From positions 1 through 64,000 of the IMG/VR virus record IMGVR_UViG_3300035190_000444: 64,000 bases of DNA, one strand, 5' to 3'. The DNA comes from a virus. Lineage: Duplodnaviria; Caudoviricetes. A program made the translations under genes and the position numbers. This document shows, one piece after another, positions 38,363 to 47,511 of this stretch. The notes below the pieces were generated by a model. The model searched no databases. It saw only the letters and a list, made by a program, of their open reading frames with translations, and had not been told where the DNA came from. The stretch's first letter is position 1; the number at the start of each line of letters is the position of its first letter.

Positions 38363-38713
38363 TTAAATTAGAATTGATTCATCTATATAGATGAACATGT
38401 TTGCATACGACTTACTTTCTGATAGTTTAACTATGCAGTAATGTCCGTCTTTTATTAATTGTTCTTCAATATACAGTAGAGTTTCTTGAAAGTCGCTTAT
38501 TTTATCATGACCAATAAGTGCAACTGATGCAGGTTGTGTTGCTGAAGGTTGACTTGTTACACCAATAGGTGTTACTAGTAAAATACAATGTTCATTGTGT
38601 TTACGTCGTTCAATTACTGCCTCTAGTACTTTATTTAATAATCGCTCTCTTGGCGATATAATTAACTTAGGCTTTTGAAAAAATCGTGTTATGTTCTTTA
38701 TTAATCCTGTCAT
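38363..38713 (-). CDS. hypothetical protein
   Basis: Start MTGLIK after AGGAG. Confidence 0.55.
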   Translation of the reverse strand: MTGLIKNITRFFQKPKLIISPRERLLNKVLEAVIERRKHNEHCILLVTPIGVTSQPSATQPASVALIGHDKISDFQETLLYIEEQLIKDGHYCIVKLSESKSYANMFIYIDESILI

Positions 38714-38714
38714 A

Positions 38715-38996
38715 TTACTCCTTTGGTAGTGTGTCAACATGTTTTATATAATCAAACAAACCACGTTTGTATTTAGGATACCATAATAATGCTTGTGGTC
38801 CACAGAACGACCTATCAAGACGAGCAACCGTGCATGCTCCTAACTTTTCTGGAGTAGTGTTACCTAATACCGGATCATACTTTGCTGGTGTGATATATTT
38901 TGTACAATTATATCCATATTGGTTTCTAATTAGTTTTGAAAACCAACTAGCATGTGAATGAATACAATCTTTACACTTTAGTTCTGACTGTTCCAT
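38715..38996 (-). CDS. Cys-containing hypothetical protein
   Basis: CKDC...C...C...CG; start MEQSELK after AGGAG. Confidence 0.6.
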   Translation of the reverse strand: MEQSELKCKDCIHSHASWFSKLIRNQYGYNCTKYITPAKYDPVLGNTTPEKLGACTVARLDRSFCGPQALLWYPKYKRGLFDYIKHVDTLPKE

Positions 38997-39179
38997 ATAT
39001 TCTCCTAATAGTTGGAAACATGGTGAAAATTGTAACATTACGTCATTAATAATGTTATTAGTTGTTTGCATATAACTCCTATATACATAAGTTATGTGTA
39101 TATTATACACGTATTTAAATAAAAGTCAAAGACAATTTCATCATATAAATACACTATTATATAAACTAAAGGAATTGTT

Positions 39180-40706
39180 ATGCGTTATACAGAATTCAAA
39201 CCGTTACTCAATGAAGTAAACATGAGTCCGGGTTCTCTACAAAATTGGTTACAAGGTCCTGCATCTGCAGGTATGACTATGGGATTTGAAGCAGAAATGT
39301 GCGTACCATGTCAAAATATGCCGCCAATGGTAGATGACATTGAAAGCATTATTGAATTCTTTGGTAACGGTGATCCTAAGTTAGAAATTAAAATAGGTAA
39401 AGCATTAGCATCTGCATATAAGCATTGGGTTACTGCAAAATATAACAAATACCTTAAGGATAACCCCGACTTTAAATACGATGTAGAAGAACGTGTATTT
39501 AAAGAACTATCTAAAGAATACGGTGAAGACGAAGCATATCAAATGATTGATTATGCAACTGATGAATACACCGCAGAATACGAAAGAGTAATTGCCGAAC
39601 ATAAAAAATATTTCTTTAAAATGAAAATTCATTCAACATCATATTGGTTATCATCATTAGATGTTAATAATATGTTAGATATTGCAGGATTAGACATAGG
39701 CGGTAAACAAGAGCTTGAATTACCTCCTGAATATAATCCGTTGACAAATTTGCTTGATGGGTTTAAGAAAGCAGTTAAAACAGATGTTGTTCAAAGTAAT
39801 TTAATTTATCACGGAGTTGAACGGTCTGCAGCTAGTTATGAAAATTGGATTATTGAACCAGATGTTACTATACAACCAGCTAAAGGGCAAGCAGCAGTTG
39901 GATTAGAATTTATTAGTCCTGCTAAACCAATTGCTGAAACATTAGCTAACTTAGAAAATACAGTTGCATGGGCTAATGCATATGGATGCACCACAAATGA
40001 ATCCACTGGATTGCATGTAAATGTTTCTATTCCAGACTTTGATCGGTCTAAACTTGACTATATTAAATTAGCGTTGTTCTTAGGTGATGAGTATATTTTA
40101 AGTCAATTTAATCGTTTATATAACTCGCAATGTGATAGTGTGTTACGATCATTAAGAAACGATCCAGAGCGATTTGATGTTTCTGATGAAAATGGATCTA
40201 TGTTGTTAAATCAAATGCGTCAGAACATGACTACACGAGTAAGCCAGTTCTTTCATAATAGTATTACCGATAAGTATGTGTCAATCAATGCTAAGGAAAA
40301 TTGGGTAGAGTTTCGTGGACCAGGTGGTAATTATTTAAAACACGATATTAGATCGTTAATCAGTGTTGCAATACGTACTGCAATGGCATTACAAATTGCA
40401 TGTAATGAACAGTTATATAGAAAAGAATACCTTAGAAAACTATACACATTAGTTAATCCAGAGTTAGGAACAAGTGCAGTTGAACTGTTTGCAAAATCAG
40501 CAGCTAATGAGTTAAACAAATCAGAATTAAAATCATTATTGAAAGATTTGAAAAAGGTAAAAGAAATAGAAAAACAATATGTAGCGCCTACTGTAGATCC
40601 TGCAAAACCTATTTCTAAAAAGCCATTACCTGTATATAACAAACCAGCTGTGCAACAACCAATTGAACCGCAAGTAGTTACTCCAGAAGATATAACGGAA
40701 TACTAA
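39180..40706 (+). CDS. putative amidoligase (COOH-NH2 ligase fold; MRYTEFKPLLNE start)
   Basis: GFEAE, IEPD, GLEFISP, STGLHVNVS, KYVSIN, VEFR. Confidence 0.75.
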   Translation: MRYTEFKPLLNEVNMSPGSLQNWLQGPASAGMTMGFEAEMCVPCQNMPPMVDDIESIIEFFGNGDPKLEIKIGKALASAYKHWVTAKYNKYLKDNPDFKYDVEERVFKELSKEYGEDEAYQMIDYATDEYTAEYERVIAEHKKYFFKMKIHSTSYWLSSLDVNNMLDIAGLDIGGKQELELPPEYNPLTNLLDGFKKAVKTDVVQSNLIYHGVERSAASYENWIIEPDVTIQPAKGQAAVGLEFISPAKPIAETLANLENTVAWANAYGCTTNESTGLHVNVSIPDFDRSKLDYIKLALFLGDEYILSQFNRLYNSQCDSVLRSLRNDPERFDVSDENGSMLLNQMRQNMTTRVSQFFHNSITDKYVSINAKENWVEFRGPGGNYLKHDIRSLISVAIRTAMALQIACNEQLYRKEYLRKLYTLVNPELGTSAVELFAKSAANELNKSELKSLLKDLKKVKEIEKQYVAPTVDPAKPISKKPLPVYNKPAVQQPIEPQVVTPEDITEY

Positions 40707-42022
40707 TGTTATTAAGGGAATTATTTTTAGTTGACGGCTATAAAGAAGCTCAAGCAGAGTTTTCAAAGTTAGGAAGACCGGAAAGTGTAAAAGATATGAT
40801 TAGCAAGTTTAGACAGCTTGTTGATCGCAATCAAGTACAAGGTGAACAACGTAATATTGATGCATGGCGTAAAAAAGGCTGGTTTGAATTTCAAAGATTT
40901 GTATTTGATAAATCACAAGAACAAAGTAAAACACAGAAAAAGAAATTAGTAAAAAAAGAACAAGATTCAGTAACTGTGTATGATCATAATAACATTACTG
41001 GAGTTATGCCATTAAACAAAAATGCTAGCGTTAACATTGGTAGACATAGTGATTGGTGTACTACTAAAGCAGAACAGCAGCATTGGGAAGAATACACCGG
41101 AAAAGGTGTAGTTCTAATTTATTGTTTCCTTAATTATCGAGGCGACGGTGACGGTGATGACAGGTGGGCAATTGCATTTTACAGAAATCAACCAAATAGT
41201 TTTGAATTGTTTACTGGCGCTGATGATAAAATGTCCAACGAGCAGTTTTTAGAAGAAACTGGAGTAGCAGCAACTGATATCATTCGTGCTGCGCTTGCTA
41301 ATCCTAATATTGATAATGTTGAATCAGAACCGCCTAAAGAACAAAAACCAACAACATATCTTGATACAATTGCTGATATGTTGACAATTAATCAACATAA
41401 CTATCGTGGTAAACGTAATCCAGAAATTGAATATGCGTTGCTTAATTTCTTTGATAGAAATCATAATGCATATTCTATAAATGATGAATATTCAGGAAGA
41501 AGTTTTAAGAGATTACTTAGAACGTATACTGCAGATATTAAACCAGCAGATATGAAAGAGATGGATATTCTATTTCAAACAGATTACTTGCAAGTGCATC
41601 CTGATTTTATAAAGCATATTAGTAATCCAACAGATCAACAGATCAAGGCTGCAGTTAGAGGTAACCCAAGACTTATTAAAAAAATACCAAATCCATCGAG
41701 AGAGCAAATTGAAATGGCAATATGGACATATCCTAAAATATTTTATGATATTAGTGAAAATCCTATTGCACAAGATGTTTATGCTGATATGGTAATATCA
41801 TCAAAAAATGGAGTACAAACTTTATTTAACGCATTAAATCCCCAAACACTTGATCCAAGTGTTGAGATGAAACTTGCAAAAGCATTCCCGTATAACATGC
41901 ATATGCTAGGGTACCTTAGACCAGAAACAATTGAATATATAAAAGCAACTAATCCTAGAGATTTACAATTTGTTAAAGGTCAAAACATAAATGGTGTCTT
42001 GCAACCATTTACCCAAACTTAA
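40706..42022 (+). CDS. hypothetical protein with WCT motif and short helical repeats (MLLRELF start)
   Basis: DWCTTK; IKHISNPTDQQIKAAV / IKKIPNPSREQIEMAI repeats. Confidence 0.65.
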   Translation: MLLRELFLVDGYKEAQAEFSKLGRPESVKDMISKFRQLVDRNQVQGEQRNIDAWRKKGWFEFQRFVFDKSQEQSKTQKKKLVKKEQDSVTVYDHNNITGVMPLNKNASVNIGRHSDWCTTKAEQQHWEEYTGKGVVLIYCFLNYRGDGDGDDRWAIAFYRNQPNSFELFTGADDKMSNEQFLEETGVAATDIIRAALANPNIDNVESEPPKEQKPTTYLDTIADMLTINQHNYRGKRNPEIEYALLNFFDRNHNAYSINDEYSGRSFKRLLRTYTADIKPADMKEMDILFQTDYLQVHPDFIKHISNPTDQQIKAAVRGNPRLIKKIPNPSREQIEMAIWTYPKIFYDISENPIAQDVYADMVISSKNGVQTLFNALNPQTLDPSVEMKLAKAFPYNMHMLGYLRPETIEYIKATNPRDLQFVKGQNINGVLQPFTQT

Positions 42023-42233
42023 GAATTACATACGTAGTCCACTTCCCTTCTTTAAATGAAAATCTAATATGATCGTATTGCGGAGTATTAAAGTCATCGT
42101 ACTCCGCAACTGCTACATATTTAAAATCAAAGTCTTCCCCACTCTGTAACCCCTTTGAACGTAAGTCACGTATAACTTCTAAAGTTTCAGTTAATGGAAT
42201 TACTATGTTAGCAACGTGTTCAAACCGGCTCAT
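42009..42233 (-). CDS. hypothetical protein
   Basis: 74 aa ORF. Confidence 0.55.
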   Translation of the reverse strand: MSRFEHVANIVIPLTETLEVIRDLRSKGLQSGEDFDFKYVAVAEYDDFNTPQYDHIRFSFKEGKWTTYVILKFG

Positions 42234-42579
42234 TTAACTCACGTTTGTTACCATTTTTATCAATACTTACAAATGTAATATTAGTGCTAAATGCATGCTC
42301 ACGTGGGTTTGATCTATCATCGCAGTATACATCAATTTTAAATGTAACCGATGATTTACCTTTACGTGTAAGTACCGCATCAAACTCTAAGATGGATCCG
42401 GCAGGTACACGTTTAGTAAATGATACACTGTCTAATCCTCGGGTAACAAACTCATATCCCGGAAACTCGTAGTTTGCAGATACATAGCCAACTGAGTCAA
42501 TCCAATGGAGCATTTGCCCCCCGAATAAAAATCCGTAATGATTAAGATGACTGGTTAAAACTAATTTGTGGTGTTTCAT
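42220..42579 (-). CDS. hotdog-fold acyl-CoA thioesterase (YciA-like)
   Basis: LNHYGFLFGGQMLHWID, VTRGLDSVSF, GKSS, TFVSID..G. Confidence 0.85.
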   Translation of the reverse strand: MKHHKLVLTSHLNHYGFLFGGQMLHWIDSVGYVSANYEFPGYEFVTRGLDSVSFTKRVPAGSILEFDAVLTRKGKSSVTFKIDVYCDDRSNPREHAFSTNITFVSIDKNGNKRELNEPV

Positions 42580-42612
42580 AAATTCCTATAAATATATTAA
42601 ATTGGGCACAAC

Positions 42613-43329
42613 ATGAAAATTAAAGAATTATTAAGTGAAATAAAATTTAAACCACGTATATCAAATAAATCTACTAGTGGTGTAATACAGTCACCTAAGT
42701 TGCAATTTATTGCAGCTGGATGTCAAGCAATCGCATACTATCATAAAACACATCCTAATACAGTAGTTAAAGTAGCTGCAGTATCGGGAGAGGATGATCC
42801 AATATGGCAGTTCTTACGGGTATGTATTAATCATCCTAACAACCCATATTTCCCAAAAGTATTTAATCATAAAGTGTTTAACTTAAAAAATATAACACCT
42901 GAAGAAGAAGATTATTTAGAAACACACCCTGAATTTGAATATCTTCCAATACACGATAATAGAAAATTGCAAATCTTAATAGTAACCGAGCGACTACAAG
43001 AAACTGACGCTGATCAGTTTGAAGCAGTGTTAAAACAGCTTGGATTACTCGAGTATATTACACGTTACCAATCAGGACTAAAACCTATCGCAAGACACCC
43101 TATTACAACAGAATTTGCATGGGCGCACATGATGGATACTCCAAAGTTCCGTCGTGATATACGAAACCTTGCGACTGATAAACATTTTAAAGATGCGATG
43201 AGATTGCTTGAACCATTGTTTGCGCATGCAGGGTTTTATGCAGATGTCCATCTTGCTAACATGATGTCACGCCCTAATGGACATCTAGTGTTTAATGATC
43301 CGTTAGCAATTGCGTTATCAGTGGACTAA
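42613..43329 (+). CDS. protein-kinase-like fold enzyme (MKIKELLSE start)
   Basis: IAAGCQAIAY, VVKV, TERL, DVHLANMM, FNDP; TATAAATA upstream. Confidence 0.7.
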   Translation: MKIKELLSEIKFKPRISNKSTSGVIQSPKLQFIAAGCQAIAYYHKTHPNTVVKVAAVSGEDDPIWQFLRVCINHPNNPYFPKVFNHKVFNLKNITPEEEDYLETHPEFEYLPIHDNRKLQILIVTERLQETDADQFEAVLKQLGLLEYITRYQSGLKPIARHPITTEFAWAHMMDTPKFRRDIRNLATDKHFKDAMRLLEPLFAHAGFYADVHLANMMSRPNGHLVFNDPLAIALSVD

Positions 43330-43557
43330 GTAAGTTGATCCATCTTCAGTTTGTTTTGGTAAACTATCACACCAACGTAAAATAAACCAGTTACGTTTCT
43401 TTTCGCTTTTAAAGCTCCAAAGAGTATCTGTCATCTTAGTTCCGCAATTGTTTTCTTTACACCAGTCTTCCATTTCTTTAATTAGTTCTTTACTAAGTTG
43501 TCCTCTTTCAAATGTAAGGCCAGGTAATTTGAACATTCCGACTAAACAATTTTTCAT
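43318..43557 (-). CDS. hypothetical protein
   Basis: AGGAG RBS. Confidence 0.6.
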   Translation of the reverse strand: MKNCLVGMFKLPGLTFERGQLSKELIKEMEDWCKENNCGTKMTDTLWSFKSEKKRNWFILRWCDSLPKQTEDGSTYLVH

Positions 43558-43565
43558 TATATCTC

Positions 43566-43829
43566 CTAATTTGAATTTGCCATAATATACGCAGTAACAT
43601 GTGCGCCTTCTATAATAACAACATCATCCGGTGGACGTTGATATGCAGTTTGCTTAAACCATCTGTTTGGATCATGTGCAGTAATACGATTAATCTTAAC
43701 ACGTCTTGGTGTTAACTTAGTTATCTTACCAACATACTGCGATCCGCTTTCTGCAAACGCAACAATGTCACCTACTGCTATTTTTTTATTAAGTAAGTCT
43801 CTATGTTCTATTGGCTCTTTCTTACTCAT
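43566..43829 (-). CDS. SH3/KOW-like small protein
   Basis: IAVGDIVAF...GKITKLTPRRVKI. Confidence 0.55.
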   Translation of the reverse strand: MSKKEPIEHRDLLNKKIAVGDIVAFAESGSQYVGKITKLTPRRVKINRITAHDPNRWFKQTAYQRPPDDVVIIEGAHVTAYIMANSN

Positions 43830-44112
43830 AATCGTATTCAGTCCATGTGTTATTTTTGTAACTCCAATGTCTACTATCGTACATGTTTATGTTTAATTCA
43901 AAACATAATAATCCAATGCGTAAACATGGACCTGCGTGATCAGACCCCCATAAGTGTGTGCCTAGTTCAAACCCTGCTATAATATCTTTATTAAATATAC
44001 CTTCTATTTCCCAGTGTTTGTGTTTAGTAAACGATCCATGCAAGTTAAACAGATCACGAAATCCATTGTGTGTTACAAATGGATTAGTTACTCCTATACT
44101 TATTTCAAGCAT
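43822..44112 (-). CDS. hypothetical protein
   Basis: Start MLEISIG after AGGAG. Confidence 0.55.
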   Translation of the reverse strand: MLEISIGVTNPFVTHNGFRDLFNLHGSFTKHKHWEIEGIFNKDIIAGFELGTHLWGSDHAGPCLRIGLLCFELNINMYDSRHWSYKNNTWTEYDYE

Positions 44113-44142
44113 TGTTGCTCCTGTAGTTAAAAATGTTTGCAT

Positions 44143-44171
44143 ATTATAAACTATTATATACAGTGTGTCAA
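44143..44171 (-). promoter_or_regulatory. consensus sigma70 promoter at the strand-divergence point
   Basis: TTGACA-17-TATAAT. Confidence 0.7.
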
Positions 44172-44205
44172 GCAAATAAATACAGTTGTTACACTACGAG
44201 GACAT

Positions 44206-44370
44206 ATGAAACCAAAACTCTTTAAACAAAACAATACCTGGTACTGCAAACTAGGACAAACCCTAGGTCAAGGCCAATCACCTAAACGCGCTTACACAAA
44301 CTTTTACACACTATATAATAAGTGTAAAGTTGTTATTTCAGACGACTTAATACATTATTATAAACAATGA
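44206..44370 (+). CDS. small hypothetical protein
   Basis: GAGGA RBS, MKPKLFK. Confidence 0.45.
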   Translation: MKPKLFKQNNTWYCKLGQTLGQGQSPKRAYTNFYTLYNKCKVVISDDLIHYYKQ

Positions 44371-44500
44371 TTACGATAATGTAATAATGTTAGCTTGATT
44401 GTTTACTAAATGTAGATAGTCATTTTACTGTTTAGCTACTTGTTTTTCATGTTAAAATAGCATAAAATACTATGTAGACATTAACAAAGGAGACTACACT

Positions 44501-44656
44501 ATGATTAACACTATTACAACTTACACTGCTTCACGAAGTACAAACGACATCTTAATTGACGTATTGCATGTTGCAAGCGTAGTATGTTTTGCAACACTAG
44601 TATGGGTAATGTTCTGCGGATACATTATAACACCTCCAGTCTGGTGGCATGCGTAA
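44501..44656 (+). CDS. 51-aa single-pass membrane protein
   Basis: Not in track; AAGGAG RBS; MINTITTY...LHVASVVCFATLVWVMFCGYIITPPVWWHA; terminator follows. Confidence 0.65.
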   Translation: MINTITTYTASRSTNDILIDVLHVASVVCFATLVWVMFCGYIITPPVWWHA

Positions 44657-44668
44657 TCCAATCCAGTA

Positions 44669-44707
44669 GCCTGCGCATACTACAATACTTGCGCAGGCAC
44701 TTCTTTC
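44669..44707 (+). terminator. intrinsic terminator
   Basis: GCCTGCGCA/TGCGCAGGC stem followed by TTCTTT. Confidence 0.6.
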
Positions 44708-44714
44708 AAGTCAG

Positions 44715-44743
44715 TTGACTTGTCCTACACAACTTGTTATACT
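44715..44743 (+). promoter_or_regulatory. sigma70 promoter
   Basis: TTGACT-17-TATACT with extended -10 TG. Confidence 0.65.
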
Positions 44744-44774
44744 TTATTAAATTAAATTAACTTATAAGTATAAT

Positions 44775-45035
44775 ATGAGCATTGAAATATCCCCAAAAGA
44801 CTATTGGAAAGCAATGTGCCGAGATGAAGCACAGATGTATTGTTTATTCTTAGTAATAGACGGCAAGAAAGGATGGCGATTCCCTACTTATCGAGAATTA
44901 ATTGGACACGAGTCTACATATCATATAAGTATGTTAGGAGAATGGTATGAAGACGATTTAGTTGATACTAATTTATGCGATACTGACGATTTGTACTGTA
45001 TAGTACCAGTAAGGGATAGAAAAGATGACGATTGA
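44775..45035 (+). CDS. mini Lcl-C/DUF1566-like protein, paralogue 1
   Basis: DEAQMYC..GKKGWRFPT..PVRD. Confidence 0.75.
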   Translation: MSIEISPKDYWKAMCRDEAQMYCLFLVIDGKKGWRFPTYRELIGHESTYHISMLGEWYEDDLVDTNLCDTDDLYCIVPVRDRKDDD

Positions 45036-45276
45036 AATTTCACCAAGAGAAACATGGAAAAAACCACTTCCAAAAGATCAAGCACAAATGTATTGTTTAT
45101 TTTTTGAACACAACGGCAGAGGGTGGAGATTTCCTACTCTAGAAGAATGTCTAACTAACATGAGTGGAATTCCAACGATTGTTGGATGGTGTTGGAACAA
45201 AGAACGCATGGAAAGTGATGATTATAATACTGCAATTTGTGACGTAATTCTAGTTCGAGATGTTAAAAATGCATAA
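45025..45276 (+). CDS. mini Lcl-C/DUF1566-like protein, paralogue 2
   Basis: AQMYC..GWRFPTLEE..LVRD. Confidence 0.75.
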   Translation: MTIEISPRETWKKPLPKDQAQMYCLFFEHNGRGWRFPTLEECLTNMSGIPTIVGWCWNKERMESDDYNTAICDVILVRDVKNA

Positions 45277-45284
45277 ATAGTTTT

Positions 45285-45527
45285 ATGAAAATAGAAGAAC
45301 TTTTAAACGAACTAACCTTTCACGGCTCGCAATGCACTAAAGACTGTAGCGGACATCGCGCAGGATGGTCATGGGGTAAAAAGTATCCCAATCGTGCTAC
45401 TACTAACAGAGCTACTCATCAAAGTTTCAACAATGGTGTTGATATTGCTAATGCTAATACCAAAGTCGTTATGATGCCAAATGCACGTGGTGCAGGTGGT
45501 AAGTTTGTTAAGAAGCCTAAACCATAA
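45285..45527 (+). CDS. small protein with CTxDCSGH motif (MKIEELLNE start)
   Basis: CTKDCSGHRAGWSW; TAAATA just upstream. Confidence 0.65.
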   Translation: MKIEELLNELTFHGSQCTKDCSGHRAGWSWGKKYPNRATTNRATHQSFNNGVDIANANTKVVMMPNARGAGGKFVKKPKP

Positions 45528-45606
45528 AAGGCCCCGCTGTAAACTCTGCATTACACACATTTTCACACGAGTATAATTACATAAACATGTAATACGCTCA
45601 TACACA

Positions 45607-45635
45607 TTGACAACACACATATACACTTATATACT
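45607..45635 (+). promoter_or_regulatory. sigma70 promoter
   Basis: TTGACA-17-TATACT; a twin at 45946-45974 (TTGACA-17-TATAGT); both followed by ACGCATAAC. Confidence 0.65.
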
Positions 45636-45712
45636 ATACGCATAACACGTTATATGCAAATAGGCCCCGCTGTAACACATACACTAAATAATTTATCAAC
45701 CGGAGTAATACC

Positions 45713-45919
45713 ATGGAAACCATTTATACTGACAGAAGAATAGTAGAAACTGGATGTATGTTGTACATGCGGATAATATCAATCGATTCTAGCATTACTG
45801 TTTATGCTTTTAAACATGACGAGTTTCGTTGCGAGATGGAAATCTTTACTGGCGATAACTATACAGGTAACTTAGAAGAATGGTTGTTACTTCCTGTTAG
45901 TACAGCTGCATCGTACTAA
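45713..45919 (+). CDS. hypothetical protein (paralogue of 37271-37474)
   Basis: AFKH...RCEMEIF...EEWLLLP; GGAG RBS. Confidence 0.6.
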   Translation: METIYTDRRIVETGCMLYMRIISIDSSITVYAFKHDEFRCEMEIFTGDNYTGNLEEWLLLPVSTAASY

Positions 45920-46199
45920 AAGGCCCCGCTGTAACATAATAACACTTGACATACGTGTGCATATACTGTATAGTGTACGCATAACTACAGCAGGTGTCGC
46001 GCAAACTGTATTATCTATGCGCCCTATAACTGGACAGATGTATCACAGTGATGGAATTGTTGAACTGTAGCAACGACATAACCACCTACCCATTTGGATG
46101 AACATGAGATGTACCTTTACAAAACTCATTACAGGTTATGGCCCCGCTGTACACATAAGGTTAAAAGAAAGGATAACACCCTTACGACTGATTATATAG

Positions 46200-46442
46200 T
46201 TAGCATTGTATAATTAGTCCGCCGTCATATAAAAACCAGGACGGAGCTCGAGGTACCGGATGACCGCCTCTGTAATGCTCTAATGCTAAGACATGAAGAA
46301 ACTCAACAAATGTTCCATTGGCCTTTGCGGGCCAATATGACTTCTAAATCTAACAAAATATTCAAAGAAAGAAAATAAAATTATAATAATTGATATGAGT
46401 GCCAACGAATATAAAATTATTATAATTTAGGACTTTAGTCCT
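46200..46442 (+). other. structured non-coding element (ncRNA or origin-like; strand not established)
   Basis: Nested stems, a 7-bp hairpin and a 14-bp AT-rich inverted repeat. Confidence 0.5.
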
Positions 46443-46463
46443 TTATACCTAATAGGAGAAATT

Positions 46464-46682
46464 ATGATTGAACTAGCACCACTATCTGATTATAAGATGT
46501 CATATGACGAAGCTTGGTTGTACTGTGCTACTCTAACTCATAATAACAAATATGATTGGCGTATTCCAACTGATTACGAGTTTACATACAACGACGAAAT
46601 TGATGAAGAATCCTTTGATCAATCAGACGAACCACGTCCTAGCCATTGGCGTGTACAACCAGTGAGAACTAAAGATGCTTGA
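46464..46682 (+). CDS. mini Lcl-C/DUF1566-like protein, paralogue 3
   Basis: DEAWLYCATL..NKYDWRIPT..PVR. Confidence 0.75.
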   Translation: MIELAPLSDYKMSYDEAWLYCATLTHNNKYDWRIPTDYEFTYNDEIDEESFDQSDEPRPSHWRVQPVRTKDA

Positions 46683-46944
46683 GATTGCACCTATATTAAA
46701 TGAATATCTAAATTACGACGAAGCATGGCTATACTGCGCTACCTGTATACACGATAACAAATACGATTGGCGTATTCCAACTTATGACGAATATGAAGAT
46801 ATTGATGGAATTTCAATATCAGCATATGATGACTCGGATGAAGATGATTTTAGAGATAGCAATCTAAACAGCTTACCAACGGTAAAAAGTTTAAAATTCT
46901 TATCAATAAGAGTTGTACAACCAGTGAGGACTAAAGATGCTTGA
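46675..46944 (+). CDS. mini Lcl-C/DUF1566-like protein, paralogue 4
   Basis: DEAWLYC..KYDWRIPT..PVR. Confidence 0.75.
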   Translation: MLEIAPILNEYLNYDEAWLYCATCIHDNKYDWRIPTYDEYEDIDGISISAYDDSDEDDFRDSNLNSLPTVKSLKFLSIRVVQPVRTKDA

Positions 46945-47161
46945 GATTGCCCCAATGCCCGCCGGCCGGTTCTCATTTGATGATGCCTGGTTATATTGTG
47001 CTACACTAACATATAATAACAAGTATGACTGGCGCATACCAACTGAAGAAGAATTTTGTGATTACGAAGCAATTGATTGCGATGCGTTTGATCAGAATGA
47101 TGAAGGTCTTAAGATAGCTAAAGTAACACATAAAATATGTCCAGTGCGCACTGCTGATTAA
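46937..47161 (+). CDS. mini Lcl-C/DUF1566-like protein, paralogue 5
   Basis: DDAWLYC..KYDWRIPTEEE..PVR. Confidence 0.75.
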   Translation: MLEIAPMPAGRFSFDDAWLYCATLTYNNKYDWRIPTEEEFCDYEAIDCDAFDQNDEGLKIAKVTHKICPVRTAD

Positions 47162-47220
47162 AATACCATTTGTAAAGTCCTAAGTTTTGCGCTATAATAA
47201 TGTTTTATGTAAGGAGCCAT

Positions 47221-47511
47221 ATGCTAGTAGCCACTTGTCAATCAAAATTTATAACGTATGCCGAAGCTGTTATGTATTGTTTGTTTTTAGATCACCAAGG
47301 AAAGAAAGGCTGGCGGTTGCCAACTTTACTTGAATGGGCAGATACTGCAGATGGCAGACTTACAACTAATACATGGTATCGAGAGAGTACGAATGAAGAA
47401 CGAGCATTGCTTGCAAAACAATACAACCATACCCAGCAAGCTATAGAAGCTATGATTGAACCATATGAAAATCGTAAAACAGGTATAGCAGTTGCAGTGA
47501 GAGACAAATGA
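47221..47511 (+). CDS. mini Lcl-C/DUF1566-like protein, paralogue 6
   Basis: EAVMYC..GKKGWRLPT..AVRD. Confidence 0.75.
   Translation: MLVATCQSKFITYAEAVMYCLFLDHQGKKGWRLPTLLEWADTADGRLTTNTWYRESTNEERALLAKQYNHTQQAIEAMIEPYENRKTGIAVAVRDK

Noticed and set aside
45530-46150. CRISPR array formed by the GGCCCCGCTGT copies
   Set aside because: The repeat is only 11-18 bp, spacing is irregular (133, 259, 218 bp), the intervals contain promoters and a gene, and no cas genes are present.
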